Part shown: positions 55,324 to 64,000 of the stretch, piece after piece
How the letters are laid out: each line of letters opens with the position of its first letter
Numbering within the stretch: position 1 is the stretch's first letter
Origin: an uncultured Pelagibacteraceae bacterium
GTDB taxonomy: Bacteria; Pseudomonadota; Alphaproteobacteria; Pelagibacterales; AG-422-B15
Assembly (NCBI GenBank): GCA_902577765.1
Contig: CACHAK010000005.1
Coordinates: 3,283-67,282 of the forward strand
Direction of reading: 5' to 3'
Length of the DNA: 64,000 nucleotides
Position numbers and translations under genes: made by a program
Notes under the pieces: model-generated
The model's input: only the letters and a program-made list of their open reading frames with translations
Databases searched by the model: none
What the model was told of the DNA's origin: nothing

Positions 55324-56346
55324 ATGAGATTATTTTTGATATTCTTATTTTTATTTTATGCTGCATCAGCAAGTGCTGAAAATCTGCCACAAACCCCCAC
55401 ACATCATTTATCGGATGGAACTTATGCAAACACTAATGGAGTACCATATGAAAGTAGTTTTAAAAAACTAATACAATGGAGTTGGGAGAGAAGAAGTAAA
55501 GATTTATCAACATTTAAATTTGAAATGGAGAAACCAAATTATAAAGAAATATATAACAATGATAACATTGTTACTACATGGATTGGGCATGAGACTTTTT
55601 TATATCAAAACAAGGATATAAATGTACTTACAGATCCACATTTTACTGATCGAGCCTCACCATTAAGTTTTGCTGGACCAAAGAGATATATGCCACCCGG
55701 TATGGAAATTGATGATTTACCAAACATTGATGTCGTAACAATTTCTCATAGTCATTATGACCACCTTGATTATAGAAGCGTGAAATTAATCTCGGAAAAA
55801 TACGAAGATGTACTTTTTTTAGTCCCACTGGGTCTCGAAGAATGGTTCATAAATAAAGGGATAAAAAATGTGAGAGAACTAGATTGGTGGGACTCAATTA
55901 AAGTAAGTGATACAGAAATTACTTTTGCTCCTGTGCAACATTGGTCGGCAAGGGGCTTATTTGATAGAAATGTAACTTTATGGGGAGCGTGGCATTTTAA
56001 AAACTATTATCACAGCTTTATTCATTTAGGTGATACAGGCTATTCTGATGATTTTAAAGAAATCAGAAAAAGATTAGGGTCAGTTGATTTAGCTGCTATT
56101 CCAATCGGTGCTTACGAGCCAAGATGGATCATGGAAGTTTCACACATGAATCCTGAAGAGGCAGTTATGTCTTTCTTAGATTTAGAAGCTTCTAAAGCCA
56201 TTGGTATGTCTTGGGGAACATTTATTTTAACCGATGAGCCTGTAAGAGAGCCGCCTCAAAAATTAATTGAAGTCGTCTCAAAATACAATATTTCTCAAGA
56301 TAGATTTTTCACATTAAAGCATGGAGAAACTTACTTGGATAATTGA
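55324..56346 (+). CDS. Metallo-beta-lactamase fold hydrolase (NAPE-PLD/RomA-like)
   Basis: Signal peptide; WIGH, LTDP, SHSHYDHLD, QHWSAR, GDTGY. Confidence 0.9.
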   Translation: MRLFLIFLFLFYAASASAENLPQTPTHHLSDGTYANTNGVPYESSFKKLIQWSWERRSKDLSTFKFEMEKPNYKEIYNNDNIVTTWIGHETFLYQNKDINVLTDPHFTDRASPLSFAGPKRYMPPGMEIDDLPNIDVVTISHSHYDHLDYRSVKLISEKYEDVLFLVPLGLEEWFINKGIKNVRELDWWDSIKVSDTEITFAPVQHWSARGLFDRNVTLWGAWHFKNYYHSFIHLGDTGYSDDFKEIRKRLGSVDLAAIPIGAYEPRWIMEVSHMNPEEAVMSFLDLEASKAIGMSWGTFILTDEPVREPPQKLIEVVSKYNISQDRFFTLKHGETYLDN

Positions 56347-57221
56347 AGTTTAATTTTTGAAAGTAAGTAAAGAGATAAAAAAGAAATATAAAAGCCTAGT
56401 ATTAATGAACTTAAAGCTGTTTCAAGCTCTAAAGGCAAGTTCACTTTTTCAAAAGCTAAATTTAGATATTCATTAAATAAAAGAAATAAAACTAATGCTA
56501 AAAAGCATGATGTGTAGTGAGCAATTGCACTAGAATTACGAACAAAATTAAATTGTTTGTGGTCAATATCTTTGCCGATAAAGAAACCAATCATTAGACC
56601 TCCGATTGCTAATGCTGCTTCATTTCCATGCGCAGTCGGCCATGTAAGATAAAATAAAAGAAAGATTACAACTAATGATAAATATTTTGTAAAGGTACTG
56701 AATTCAATATTTCCTCTTTCAATGCTTTTGTAGATAACGTCTGCAATATAAAGAGTAACTAATCCAACAACCAATCCTCCTAAAATATCTCCAATGTCAT
56801 GAACTCCCAAGTAAACTCGGCTTAGGGGTACTCCAAAGAGAAAAATTATTGAAAGTGATTTCACAAATATATTTTTCACATTTAAGGCTATATAAAGCCA
56901 AATCACGACCGCAATTTGAGTGTGACCGCTTGGAAATCCGAATGAAGTTTCAGTTTGAAGCCATGGATCAATATTAAGAGCAAAATCTGGCCTAGGATCT
57001 TGGAAAATATCTTTCAGAAATGAATTTATAATTGCGGAAAAGAAAACTATTACAAGAAGTTTGCCAAAAACTTTTCGGTCATAACACCAATAAATAAATG
57101 GGATAAACATGAATAAAAAATCTCGATATCCCAACCATGTAAAAAATTCAAATATAGGAGTTAAAAAGGGTGTTCGAATATTGACTACCCAAGTAATGTC
57201 ATTAAGTAAACTATAAATCAT
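56331..57221 (-). CDS. PAP2-family membrane phosphatase
   Basis: K......RP, FPSGH, SRVYLGVH...D. Confidence 0.9.
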   Translation of the reverse strand: MIYSLLNDITWVVNIRTPFLTPIFEFFTWLGYRDFLFMFIPFIYWCYDRKVFGKLLVIVFFSAIINSFLKDIFQDPRPDFALNIDPWLQTETSFGFPSGHTQIAVVIWLYIALNVKNIFVKSLSIIFLFGVPLSRVYLGVHDIGDILGGLVVGLVTLYIADVIYKSIERGNIEFSTFTKYLSLVVIFLLFYLTWPTAHGNEAALAIGGLMIGFFIGKDIDHKQFNFVRNSSAIAHYTSCFLALVLFLLFNEYLNLAFEKVNLPLELETALSSLILGFYISFLSLYLLSKIKLQLSK

Positions 57222-57285
57222 GAATATCTGTTGTATTTGTGGTTTTATTAATTATATATCAAAAAATTATTAATTAGATATTTAA

Positions 57286-58236
57286 ATGAAAGCTATAGGA
57301 TACAACTCATACGGAGATATTGATAATCTTGAAATTTTAGAGGTTGCTGAGCCAAGACCTAAAAGAACAGAAGTAATTGTGAAAATCGAGGCAGTATCGC
57401 TTAATCCAGTTGATATCAAAAAAATGCAAGGTGGGTTTAAGCCTATAACAAATCTGAATAAGTTCCCAATATTTACTGCCTGTGATTTCAGTGGTGAAAT
57501 TACTGAAATTGGAAGAGATGTAGGAGCTTTTAAAGTTGGTGATAAAGTATTTGGTATGACAGACATATTATTCAATGGAAGTGCCGCAGAAAAAATTAAA
57601 ATTTCTCAAAAGTTAGTTTCACTTGTACCAAAAAATATCAAGTTACACGAAGCAGCCGCTATTCCTCAAGTAGCAAATACATCGTTGCTAGCATTGCGAA
57701 ATATTGCCTCAATCCGAAAGGGACACAAAATCCTTATTAATGGTGCATCTGGAGGAGTGGGTTCTTTTGCAATTCAAATGGCTAAAATATATGAAACAGA
57801 AATAACTGCAGTAACAAGTGATAGAAATTACGAATGGATTAAAAATGATTTTAATATAGATGACGTAGTTGATTATACAAAAGAAGATATTTTATCTTCA
57901 TCAAAAAAATATGATATCGTTTTTGACGCAAATGGAAATCTATCTTTTCCTAATGCATCAAAAATCTTGTCAGCTAATGGAATATATGTGACTACAAAAA
58001 ATAATATCTACAATAATATCGATGTGGCAAAACAACTGTTTCAAAGAAAAAAATCAAGAGTTGTATTATCTGGTAGAACATCAACTGCAAATTTAGATTT
58101 ATTTAGAATGTGGATTGAAGATGGAAAGATTAAGCCCGTCATCGAAAAAATATTTTCTTTTGATCAATATCTTAATGCTTACAATCATCTCAAAAGTGGG
58201 CGCGCAAAAGGCAAAATACTTTTAAATTTTAATTAA
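57286..58236 (+). CDS. NADPH:quinone oxidoreductase-like MDR (Zn-independent)
   Basis: LNPVD, DFSG, NGASGGVG, GRAKGKI. Confidence 0.9.
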   Translation: MKAIGYNSYGDIDNLEILEVAEPRPKRTEVIVKIEAVSLNPVDIKKMQGGFKPITNLNKFPIFTACDFSGEITEIGRDVGAFKVGDKVFGMTDILFNGSAAEKIKISQKLVSLVPKNIKLHEAAAIPQVANTSLLALRNIASIRKGHKILINGASGGVGSFAIQMAKIYETEITAVTSDRNYEWIKNDFNIDDVVDYTKEDILSSSKKYDIVFDANGNLSFPNASKILSANGIYVTTKNNIYNNIDVAKQLFQRKKSRVVLSGRTSTANLDLFRMWIEDGKIKPVIEKIFSFDQYLNAYNHLKSGRAKGKILLNFN

Positions 58237-58239
58237 AAT

Positions 58240-59076
58240 ATGTCTGACATTGAGGTTAAAAATATTATTAATCCTGTTCCTGCCACAGACGGTGCTGGAG
58301 TAAAATTAAAAAGAAGTATAGGTGTGGAGCCAAACTATTTTGATCCTTTTTTAATGTTGGACGAATTTGGTTCTGAAGACAGCAAGGATTATATAGCTGG
58401 TTTTCCTTCACATCCTCATAGAGGAATAGAGACGGTGACTTATATGCTGGCTGGAGAATTTGAGCATAAAGATAGTACTGGTGGAGAAGGAAGAATGACA
58501 GCAGGCGATGTGCAGTGGATGAAAACTGGCAGTGGAATTATTCACTCTGAAATGCCTGCTATGAAGGAGGGTAAGCTTCATGGTTTTCAGTTATGGATTA
58601 ATATGCCTGCTAGCTTAAAAATGAGTAAGCCTGAATATCATTATATTGATGCCAATGAGATGAGTGTGCATCGCGATGAAGATAAAAAAGTCAAAGTAAT
58701 TGCTGGAAAATTTGAGAATGCTGAAGGCCCAATCAAAAAGCATAATGTTGAGCCAATATTCTTTGATATTGAACTTAAACAAAATAAACAGTTTAGTTTT
58801 TCAATACCAAAATCGCATAACAGTTTTGTTTACTTGGTTGATGGCAGAATAAAAATCGGTAACCTATCTCATGATAATATTGAGGGATCTAAACTAGTAT
58901 TGTTGACAAATGGCAATAGTTTGAAAGTATCTGCTGAAACCAATGCTAAGTTCCTATTAATCGCAGGTGAACCAATTGGTGAGAGCATTGCTCGCGGCGG
59001 ACCATTTGTAATGAATACCAAAAGTGAGATCATTCAAGCGATTAATGACTATAATAACGGAACATTTGTAAGATAA
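58240..59076 (+). CDS. Pirin family protein
   Basis: DPFLMLDEF, HPHRGIETVTY, HSE, QLWINMP, GPFVMN. Confidence 0.95.
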   Translation: MSDIEVKNIINPVPATDGAGVKLKRSIGVEPNYFDPFLMLDEFGSEDSKDYIAGFPSHPHRGIETVTYMLAGEFEHKDSTGGEGRMTAGDVQWMKTGSGIIHSEMPAMKEGKLHGFQLWINMPASLKMSKPEYHYIDANEMSVHRDEDKKVKVIAGKFENAEGPIKKHNVEPIFFDIELKQNKQFSFSIPKSHNSFVYLVDGRIKIGNLSHDNIEGSKLVLLTNGNSLKVSAETNAKFLLIAGEPIGESIARGGPFVMNTKSEIIQAINDYNNGTFVR

Positions 59077-59084
59077 GGGAAAAT

Positions 59085-59546
59085 ATGAGTATTTATGACA
59101 TTGAAGTAAAAGACATTGATATGAACTCTATCAAAATGGAAGAATTCAAGGGAAAAACTCTATTAATTGTGAACGTGGCAAGTGCTTGTGGTTTTACGCC
59201 GCAATATACTGGCTTACAAAATCTCTATGATAGATATAAAGATAAAGGGTTAGAAATTTTAGCATTTCCTTGTAATCAATTTGGTGCCCAAGAAAAAGGA
59301 ACGAATGAAGAAATAAAAGATTTTTGTGACACAAAGTATAATGTATCCTTTCGCCTGTTTGATAAGATTGATGTTAATGGAGAGAATGCATCACCTCTTT
59401 TTGTTAAGCTTACTGAAGAAGCTGGCAGAGAGATACAGTGGAATTTTACAAAGTTTTTAATCAATAAAGAAGGTGAATTTGTTAGAGGTTTTGGTACACA
59501 AAAAAAACCTGAAGAGATTGAAGAGCATATTAAAGCTATTATTTAA
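59085..59546 (+). CDS. Glutathione peroxidase-family peroxidase (Cys type)
   Basis: NVASACG, FPCNQFG, WNFTKFL. Confidence 0.95.
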   Translation: MSIYDIEVKDIDMNSIKMEEFKGKTLLIVNVASACGFTPQYTGLQNLYDRYKDKGLEILAFPCNQFGAQEKGTNEEIKDFCDTKYNVSFRLFDKIDVNGENASPLFVKLTEEAGREIQWNFTKFLINKEGEFVRGFGTQKKPEEIEEHIKAII

Positions 59547-59547
59547 A

Positions 59548-60123
59548 ATGTCAGACAGATTAAAAGAAATTTTTGTTAAACCACAAACTTGCTATAAATT
59601 TACTGAAAAGGAAGTTGCAAACGACACGCTTAATGAACTTTATAATCTTGTTAAGTGGGGCCCAACTTCGTTTAACTCTAGTCCAATGAGATTAAAGTTT
59701 CTTAAAAGCAGTACCTCAAAGAAAAAGTTATCAAAATTAGTGAGTGATGATAATATCAGCAAAGTTATCAACGCACCTGTATGCACAATTATTGGGATGG
59801 ACATAGAATTTTGGCGTGATCTTCCCAAAAACTATTTACGTGAGGATGCAAAGCAATATTTTGAAAACGATATAACCAAGTCTGAGGTTACAGCTTTTAG
59901 AAACTCATCAATTCAAGGAGGTTACTTTATAAAAGCAGCAAATTCCCTCAGTTTATCAGTTGGACCAATGTCTGGCTTCTCAAATGATTTGGTTGATAAA
60001 GAATTTTTTAATGGCACAACAATTAAAAGCAATTTTCTATGTAATTTGGGATACGCTGCTGAAGGTGGTTTTTACGAGAGAGCGCCGAGGTATGACTTTT
60101 CAGATATTGCTGAAATAATTTAA
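59548..60123 (+). CDS. RutE-like nitroreductase (malonic semialdehyde reductase type)
   Basis: WGPTSFNSSP, RNSSIQGGY, GPMSGF, NFLCNLGY. Likely start 59548 (track 59473). Confidence 0.85.
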   Translation: MSDRLKEIFVKPQTCYKFTEKEVANDTLNELYNLVKWGPTSFNSSPMRLKFLKSSTSKKKLSKLVSDDNISKVINAPVCTIIGMDIEFWRDLPKNYLREDAKQYFENDITKSEVTAFRNSSIQGGYFIKAANSLSLSVGPMSGFSNDLVDKEFFNGTTIKSNFLCNLGYAAEGGFYERAPRYDFSDIAEII

Positions 60124-61091
60124 GCGGCAATCAAATTCAGATAAGTATCTTCTAACTTATTGATATCTCTCACTCTTATTAATTCATTCACTTCTTGTTT
60201 AAATTTTTTAGATCCTGGAACTCCAAAACAAAGTGAAAGTAGTGGACTGAGCAATTCGTAAGTAGATACAGTTTCAATATTCATTTTAATATAATCAAAA
60301 TACTTTTTCACAACATCGGAACTGTTAACTTGAATATTACTTTGACCATAAAAAATATGATCAACGTCTTTTATAAAGAAAGGATTTGCCTGTATTGCTC
60401 GACCTACCATCACTCCATCTAAATATTTCAATTGTTCAATACAGTCGTCAATATTTGTCAAACCTCCATTCATTATAAATTTAATGTCAGGAAACTCTTT
60501 TTTGATACTGTAAACAAATTCATATTTAAGTTCGGGCAATGTGCGATTTTTTTTAGGATCAAGACCTTTTAGAAAAGCTTTGCGAGCGTGAATAAAAATG
60601 ATTTTTACATCACTCTCAAGAACTGTAGAGATGAAATTTCTAAAAAAATTATAAGAGTCAAATTCATCAACGCCAATTCTACATTTTAATGAAACGTCCA
60701 TTGAAGTTTCTTCTCTCATACCACTTAAGCAATCTCTAACCAATTCTGCTTCTTTCATCAAACACGCCCCCATTTTCCCTTGAGAGACTTTTTTAGAGGG
60801 GCAGCCAACATTTAAATTGATACCCTGATAATCAAACTTATTTGCTAAACTTGTTGAATATTTTAATAAGCTTATATCAGAACCGCCAACTTGCAGGATG
60901 ACAGGTTTTTCGATATTTTCTTTTCTAAGAAGTTTTTTGTAATCGCCTCTGTGTAAAGCCTGACTAGCAATCATTTCAGTAAATAAAACAGCTTCTTTTG
61001 AAATAAGTCGGTACATGTACCTTGCGCTTGGAGTTGTCACTCCCATCATTGGTGCTACGGAAAAGCGATAGTTAACGTTCAAATTATTCAT
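60120..61091 (-). CDS. dusA: tRNA-dihydrouridine synthase A
   Basis: APMMG, TEM, QVGGS, NLNVGCPS, KCRIG, HARKA, VMVGR. Confidence 0.9.
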   Translation of the reverse strand: MNNLNVNYRFSVAPMMGVTTPSARYMYRLISKEAVLFTEMIASQALHRGDYKKLLRKENIEKPVILQVGGSDISLLKYSTSLANKFDYQGINLNVGCPSKKVSQGKMGACLMKEAELVRDCLSGMREETSMDVSLKCRIGVDEFDSYNFFRNFISTVLESDVKIIFIHARKAFLKGLDPKKNRTLPELKYEFVYSIKKEFPDIKFIMNGGLTNIDDCIEQLKYLDGVMVGRAIQANPFFIKDVDHIFYGQSNIQVNSSDVVKKYFDYIKMNIETVSTYELLSPLLSLCFGVPGSKKFKQEVNELIRVRDINKLEDTYLNLIAA

Positions 61092-61953
61092 AATTTAGTT
61101 TTTGCCTAACAGTTATAAGTACTCCGCTACTCACAATACAAAGAATTCCAAAGCACACTATTATGCTTGGAATATCTCTAAAAAATAAGACGCTTATTAG
61201 CATATTACTGACGATTTCAAAATAGTGAAATGGAGCTAAAATGCTTGCTTCAGCATTTTGATAAGCTTTTATAAATATAAAATGCACCAGAATCACAACT
61301 AAACCAATTGAGCCCATCAAAATAATCTGACTAAAATTAGGATCACTGTTCCAATAAAAAGGAAGAAAGATAGTCATTATTAGTGCCCCAGGAATAGCGG
61401 TATAACATAAGCTAACCCATGGATCAGAAGTAAAGTTTACGCGGCGTGTGTAAACAAGATACATTGCATAAAAGAAGCCTGAAAATAAGGCAAATAAAGA
61501 ATAATAATTAAACTCACTAAACCCTGGCTGTATTACTAAAAGAGTTCCAAAAAAACCAAAAAATGTACAAAAGATCTTTAGCGAATTTAATTTTTCTCCC
61601 AAAATAAATAAGGACATGAATACCACCACAATGGGAGCAATGAGCATTATGCTTAATGCATTTGCTAGAGGGATTTGTGAAATTGATGCATAAAAGAATG
61701 CCGTCGCAAGAAATATAAAAGTACCTCTGATTAATTGATGCTTTGTTGATTGATTAACAAATTCTTTTTTTCCTTTTAAAAAATAAACAAGTGGCACTAA
61801 CAAAATAAAATGGCTGAAAAAACGCCCCCAAATTATTTCAAGTATACCAATGTCCTCGCTTAAGTACTTAGCAAGCGCATCATATAAAGGAGCTATTAAT
61901 AGTCCAAGGCATAACAAAGATACGCCCAAAACAACGTTCTGCTCTTTTAGCAT
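61084..61953 (-). CDS. DMT/EamA family transporter
   Basis: About 10 TM segments; IIWGRF, ILGEK, ASILAPFHY. Confidence 0.9.
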   Translation of the reverse strand: MLKEQNVVLGVSLLCLGLLIAPLYDALAKYLSEDIGILEIIWGRFFSHFILLVPLVYFLKGKKEFVNQSTKHQLIRGTFIFLATAFFYASISQIPLANALSIMLIAPIVVVFMSLFILGEKLNSLKIFCTFFGFFGTLLVIQPGFSEFNYYSLFALFSGFFYAMYLVYTRRVNFTSDPWVSLCYTAIPGALIMTIFLPFYWNSDPNFSQIILMGSIGLVVILVHFIFIKAYQNAEASILAPFHYFEIVSNMLISVLFFRDIPSIIVCFGILCIVSSGVLITVRQKLNYE

Positions 61954-61956
61954 GGT

Positions 61957-63135
61957 TTATTTATTTAGTTCACGCATGGCCTGATCAATTCCCTCAATTG
62001 TGAGAGGAAACATTCGATCAGAAAAGATCTGCTTTATGATGGAAGTTGATGCAATTCTATCCCAATATCGCTCAGGTATTGGATTAAGCCAAATCGCATT
62101 TTCGTATACGTTTAACATTCTAGTTAGCCAAGTCTCACCAGACTCTTCATTCCAGAACTCTACACTTCCACCTGGATATGTAATTTCATACGGACTCATT
62201 TCAGCATCACCAACAAATATTATTTTGTAATCAGATGGATATGTGTGCAAAACATCCCATGTCTTAACGTTATCATTGTATCTACGGTTATTATCTTTCC
62301 AAACCGCATCATATAAGCAATTGTGGTAGTAGAAATATTCCATATGCTTAAACTCTGTTCTTGCTGCAGAAAATAGCTCCTCACAGATTTTAACATGTGC
62401 ATCCATTGATCCGCCTACATCAAAAAAAAGTAATACTTTTATTTTATTTCTTCGCTCAGGCATCATTTTAACATCGATGTACCCCTTATGGGCAGTAGAC
62501 TTAATTGTATTATCTAAATCTAACTCAGTTTCAGCACCTTCACGCGCAAACTTTCTCAACCTTCTGAGGGCAATTTTTATATTTCGAGTACCAAGCTCTA
62601 CGTCACCATCTAAGTTACTAAATTCTCTTTTGTCCCAAACTTTTACTGCCTTTTTATTTCTTCCTTCTTTCTGACCAATTCTTATTCCTTCAGGGTTATA
62701 GCCGTATGCTCCAAATGGAGATGTTCCGCCTGTCCCTATCCATTTGCTTCCACCTTGGTGCCTTTTTTTTTGTTCTTCTAACCTCTGTTTGAGTGTTTCC
62801 ATTAACTTGTCCCAGCCACCCAAAGATTCAATCATCTTTTTTTCTTCATCAGTCAAATACTTTTGTCCCATTAGTTTTAACCATTCTTCTGGTATTTCTT
62901 TAGTTGTTTCACTTTCTGGGTTTTCAAGCCCTTTGAACGAGTGGCCAAAAACACGATCAAATTTATCTAAATATCTCTCATCTTTGACTAATGCCGAGCG
63001 GCTTAAATAATAAAAGTCGTTAACATTAAACGAGTCAACAACTCGCTTATTCATTGCTTCCATCAACATCAAGTATTCTTTTAATGATACGGGTAAGCTC
63101 GCTTGCTTGAGGTCAAAAAAGAAGTTAATAAACAT
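61957..63135 (-). CDS. VWA-domain protein partnered with MoxR
   Basis: MIDAS DVGGSM, WIGTGGTSPFG, FVGDAEMSPYE, WLNP. Confidence 0.9.
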   Translation of the reverse strand: MFINFFFDLKQASLPVSLKEYLMLMEAMNKRVVDSFNVNDFYYLSRSALVKDERYLDKFDRVFGHSFKGLENPESETTKEIPEEWLKLMGQKYLTDEEKKMIESLGGWDKLMETLKQRLEEQKKRHQGGSKWIGTGGTSPFGAYGYNPEGIRIGQKEGRNKKAVKVWDKREFSNLDGDVELGTRNIKIALRRLRKFAREGAETELDLDNTIKSTAHKGYIDVKMMPERRNKIKVLLFFDVGGSMDAHVKICEELFSAARTEFKHMEYFYYHNCLYDAVWKDNNRRYNDNVKTWDVLHTYPSDYKIIFVGDAEMSPYEITYPGGSVEFWNEESGETWLTRMLNVYENAIWLNPIPERYWDRIASTSIIKQIFSDRMFPLTIEGIDQAMRELNK

Positions 63136-63163
63136 AAAATATTATTTTATAGAGATCCTAACT

Positions 63164-64000
63164 CTACTCAACATTCTCTTTTTCTCTACGAGATATGAAA
63201 GCTAAACGCTCAAATAAATGAACATCTTGTTCATTCTTTAATAGAGCTCCATGAAGAGGCGGTATTAGTTTTTTTGGGTCCTTTTCTCTAAGGATTTTGG
63301 CATCTACATCATCCGTCATAAGCAACTTTAACCAATCAATTAGTTCAGAGGTAGATGGCTTCTTTTTAATTCCTGGGACTTCTCTGATATCGTAAAATAT
63401 TTTGAATGCTTCTTGAATTAAATCTTTTTTTATTTCTGGATAATGTACTTCAACAATCTCTTCCATCGTATTAGGATCGGGAAACTTTATATAATGAAAA
63501 AAACACCTTCTAAGAAACGCATCAGGTAATTCCTTTTCATTATTTGATGTTATGATAACTATTGGTCTATTTTGCGCTTTAATTGTCTCACCAGTTTCGT
63601 AAACAAAAAATTCCATTTTATCTAGTTCTAGTAGCAGATCGTTTGGAAATTCAATATCAGCCTTGTCAATTTCATCAATTAATAGGACCGGCCTTTTATC
63701 GCTTTCAAAAGCATTCCATAACTTACCTTTGCTAATATAATTTTTGATATCCTTAACTTTTTCATCTCCAAGCTGCGAATCACGCAATCTTGTAACAGCG
63801 TCATATTCATAGAGTCCCTGTTGAGCTTTAGTTGTGGACTTAATATGCCAAGTGATTATTTCAGCACCTAGAGATTTTGCTACTTCATGAGCTAGCATTG
63901 TTTTACCTGTGCCTGGCTCACCTTTAACTATTATTGGTCTTTCAAGAGTAATAGCAGCATTTACCGCTACTTTAAGATCCTCTGTTGCAATATAAGAGCT
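63164..64000 (-). CDS. MoxR-family AAA+ ATPase, 5' end cut off by the window edge
   Basis: The frame continues upstream of 63898 through KGEPGTGKT to the window end; LLIDEIDKA, ELPDAFLRRC. Confidence 0.9.
   Translation of the reverse strand, partial: SSYIATEDLKVAVNAAITLERPIIVKGEPGTGKTMLAHEVAKSLGAEIITWHIKSTTKAQQGLYEYDAVTRLRDSQLGDEKVKDIKNYISKGKLWNAFESDKRPVLLIDEIDKADIEFPNDLLLELDKMEFFVYETGETIKAQNRPIVIITSNNEKELPDAFLRRCFFHYIKFPDPNTMEEIVEVHYPEIKKDLIQEAFKIFYDIREVPGIKKKPSTSELIDWLKLLMTDDVDAKILREKDPKKLIPPLHGALLKNEQDVHLFERLAFISRREKENVE

Noticed and set aside
59085-59546. Selenocysteine glutathione peroxidase
   Set aside because: The active-site codon is TGT (Cys) and the frame has no internal TGA.
1284-63010. 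The many 60-120 aa ORFs in the track that lie antisense to or in other frames of long genes (e.g. 1284..1550, 2951..3214, 22288..23808 group, 43614..43976, 62000..63010 group)
   Set aside because: Fully nested in well-supported CDS, with no motifs or RBS; expected shadow ORFs.
1-64000. CRISPR arrays, IS elements, integrases, prophage, rRNA/tRNA and frameshifted pseudogenes
   Set aside because: No spaced repeats, transposase, integrase or phage motifs or RNA-gene signatures were seen by eye, and long ORFs tile the window at expected lengths. tRNAscan, cmscan and CRISPR finders were not run.

Overview
A 64 kb stretch of a gene-dense, AT-rich, streamlined chromosome. About 58 CDS, many overlapping or abutting, fill the window; I found no rRNA, tRNA, CRISPR array or mobile element. 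Gene content and style point to a marine oligotrophic alphaproteobacterium (SAR11-like or HIMB59/AEGEAN-169-like); this is inference, not a computed assignment. The main theme is C1 and methylated-compound metabolism: a dmdB-like ligase, fhs, a metF-like gene plus a GcvT-family demethylase, a homocysteine methyltransferase, a second DmdA-like demethylase, a dimethylglycine dehydrogenase-like flavoprotein, soxBDAG and a betaine-type ABC transporter. Housekeeping genes (lpxB, recX, hisI, rpmF, msrA, dusA, zapE) and many catabolic hydrolases and oxidoreductases are interspersed. The best candidate for an undescribed system is at 41050-47550. There a five-gene module (SCO, small Cys-rich lipoprotein, PCuAC, Met-rich DUF2182 membrane protein, Cys-rich DUF1326) sits between two THF-dependent demethylating enzymes, with no known copper client in the window. 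Other leads: a promoter-bounded structured RNA next to DnaA boxes (15171-15345), an H-type pseudoknot upstream of the metF-demethylase operon (24057-24106), an unannotated 43-aa ArfA-like ORF (9026-9157) and a tandem pair of small membrane paralogs (1817-2312). All family calls come from motif recognition by eye; no database searches were run.
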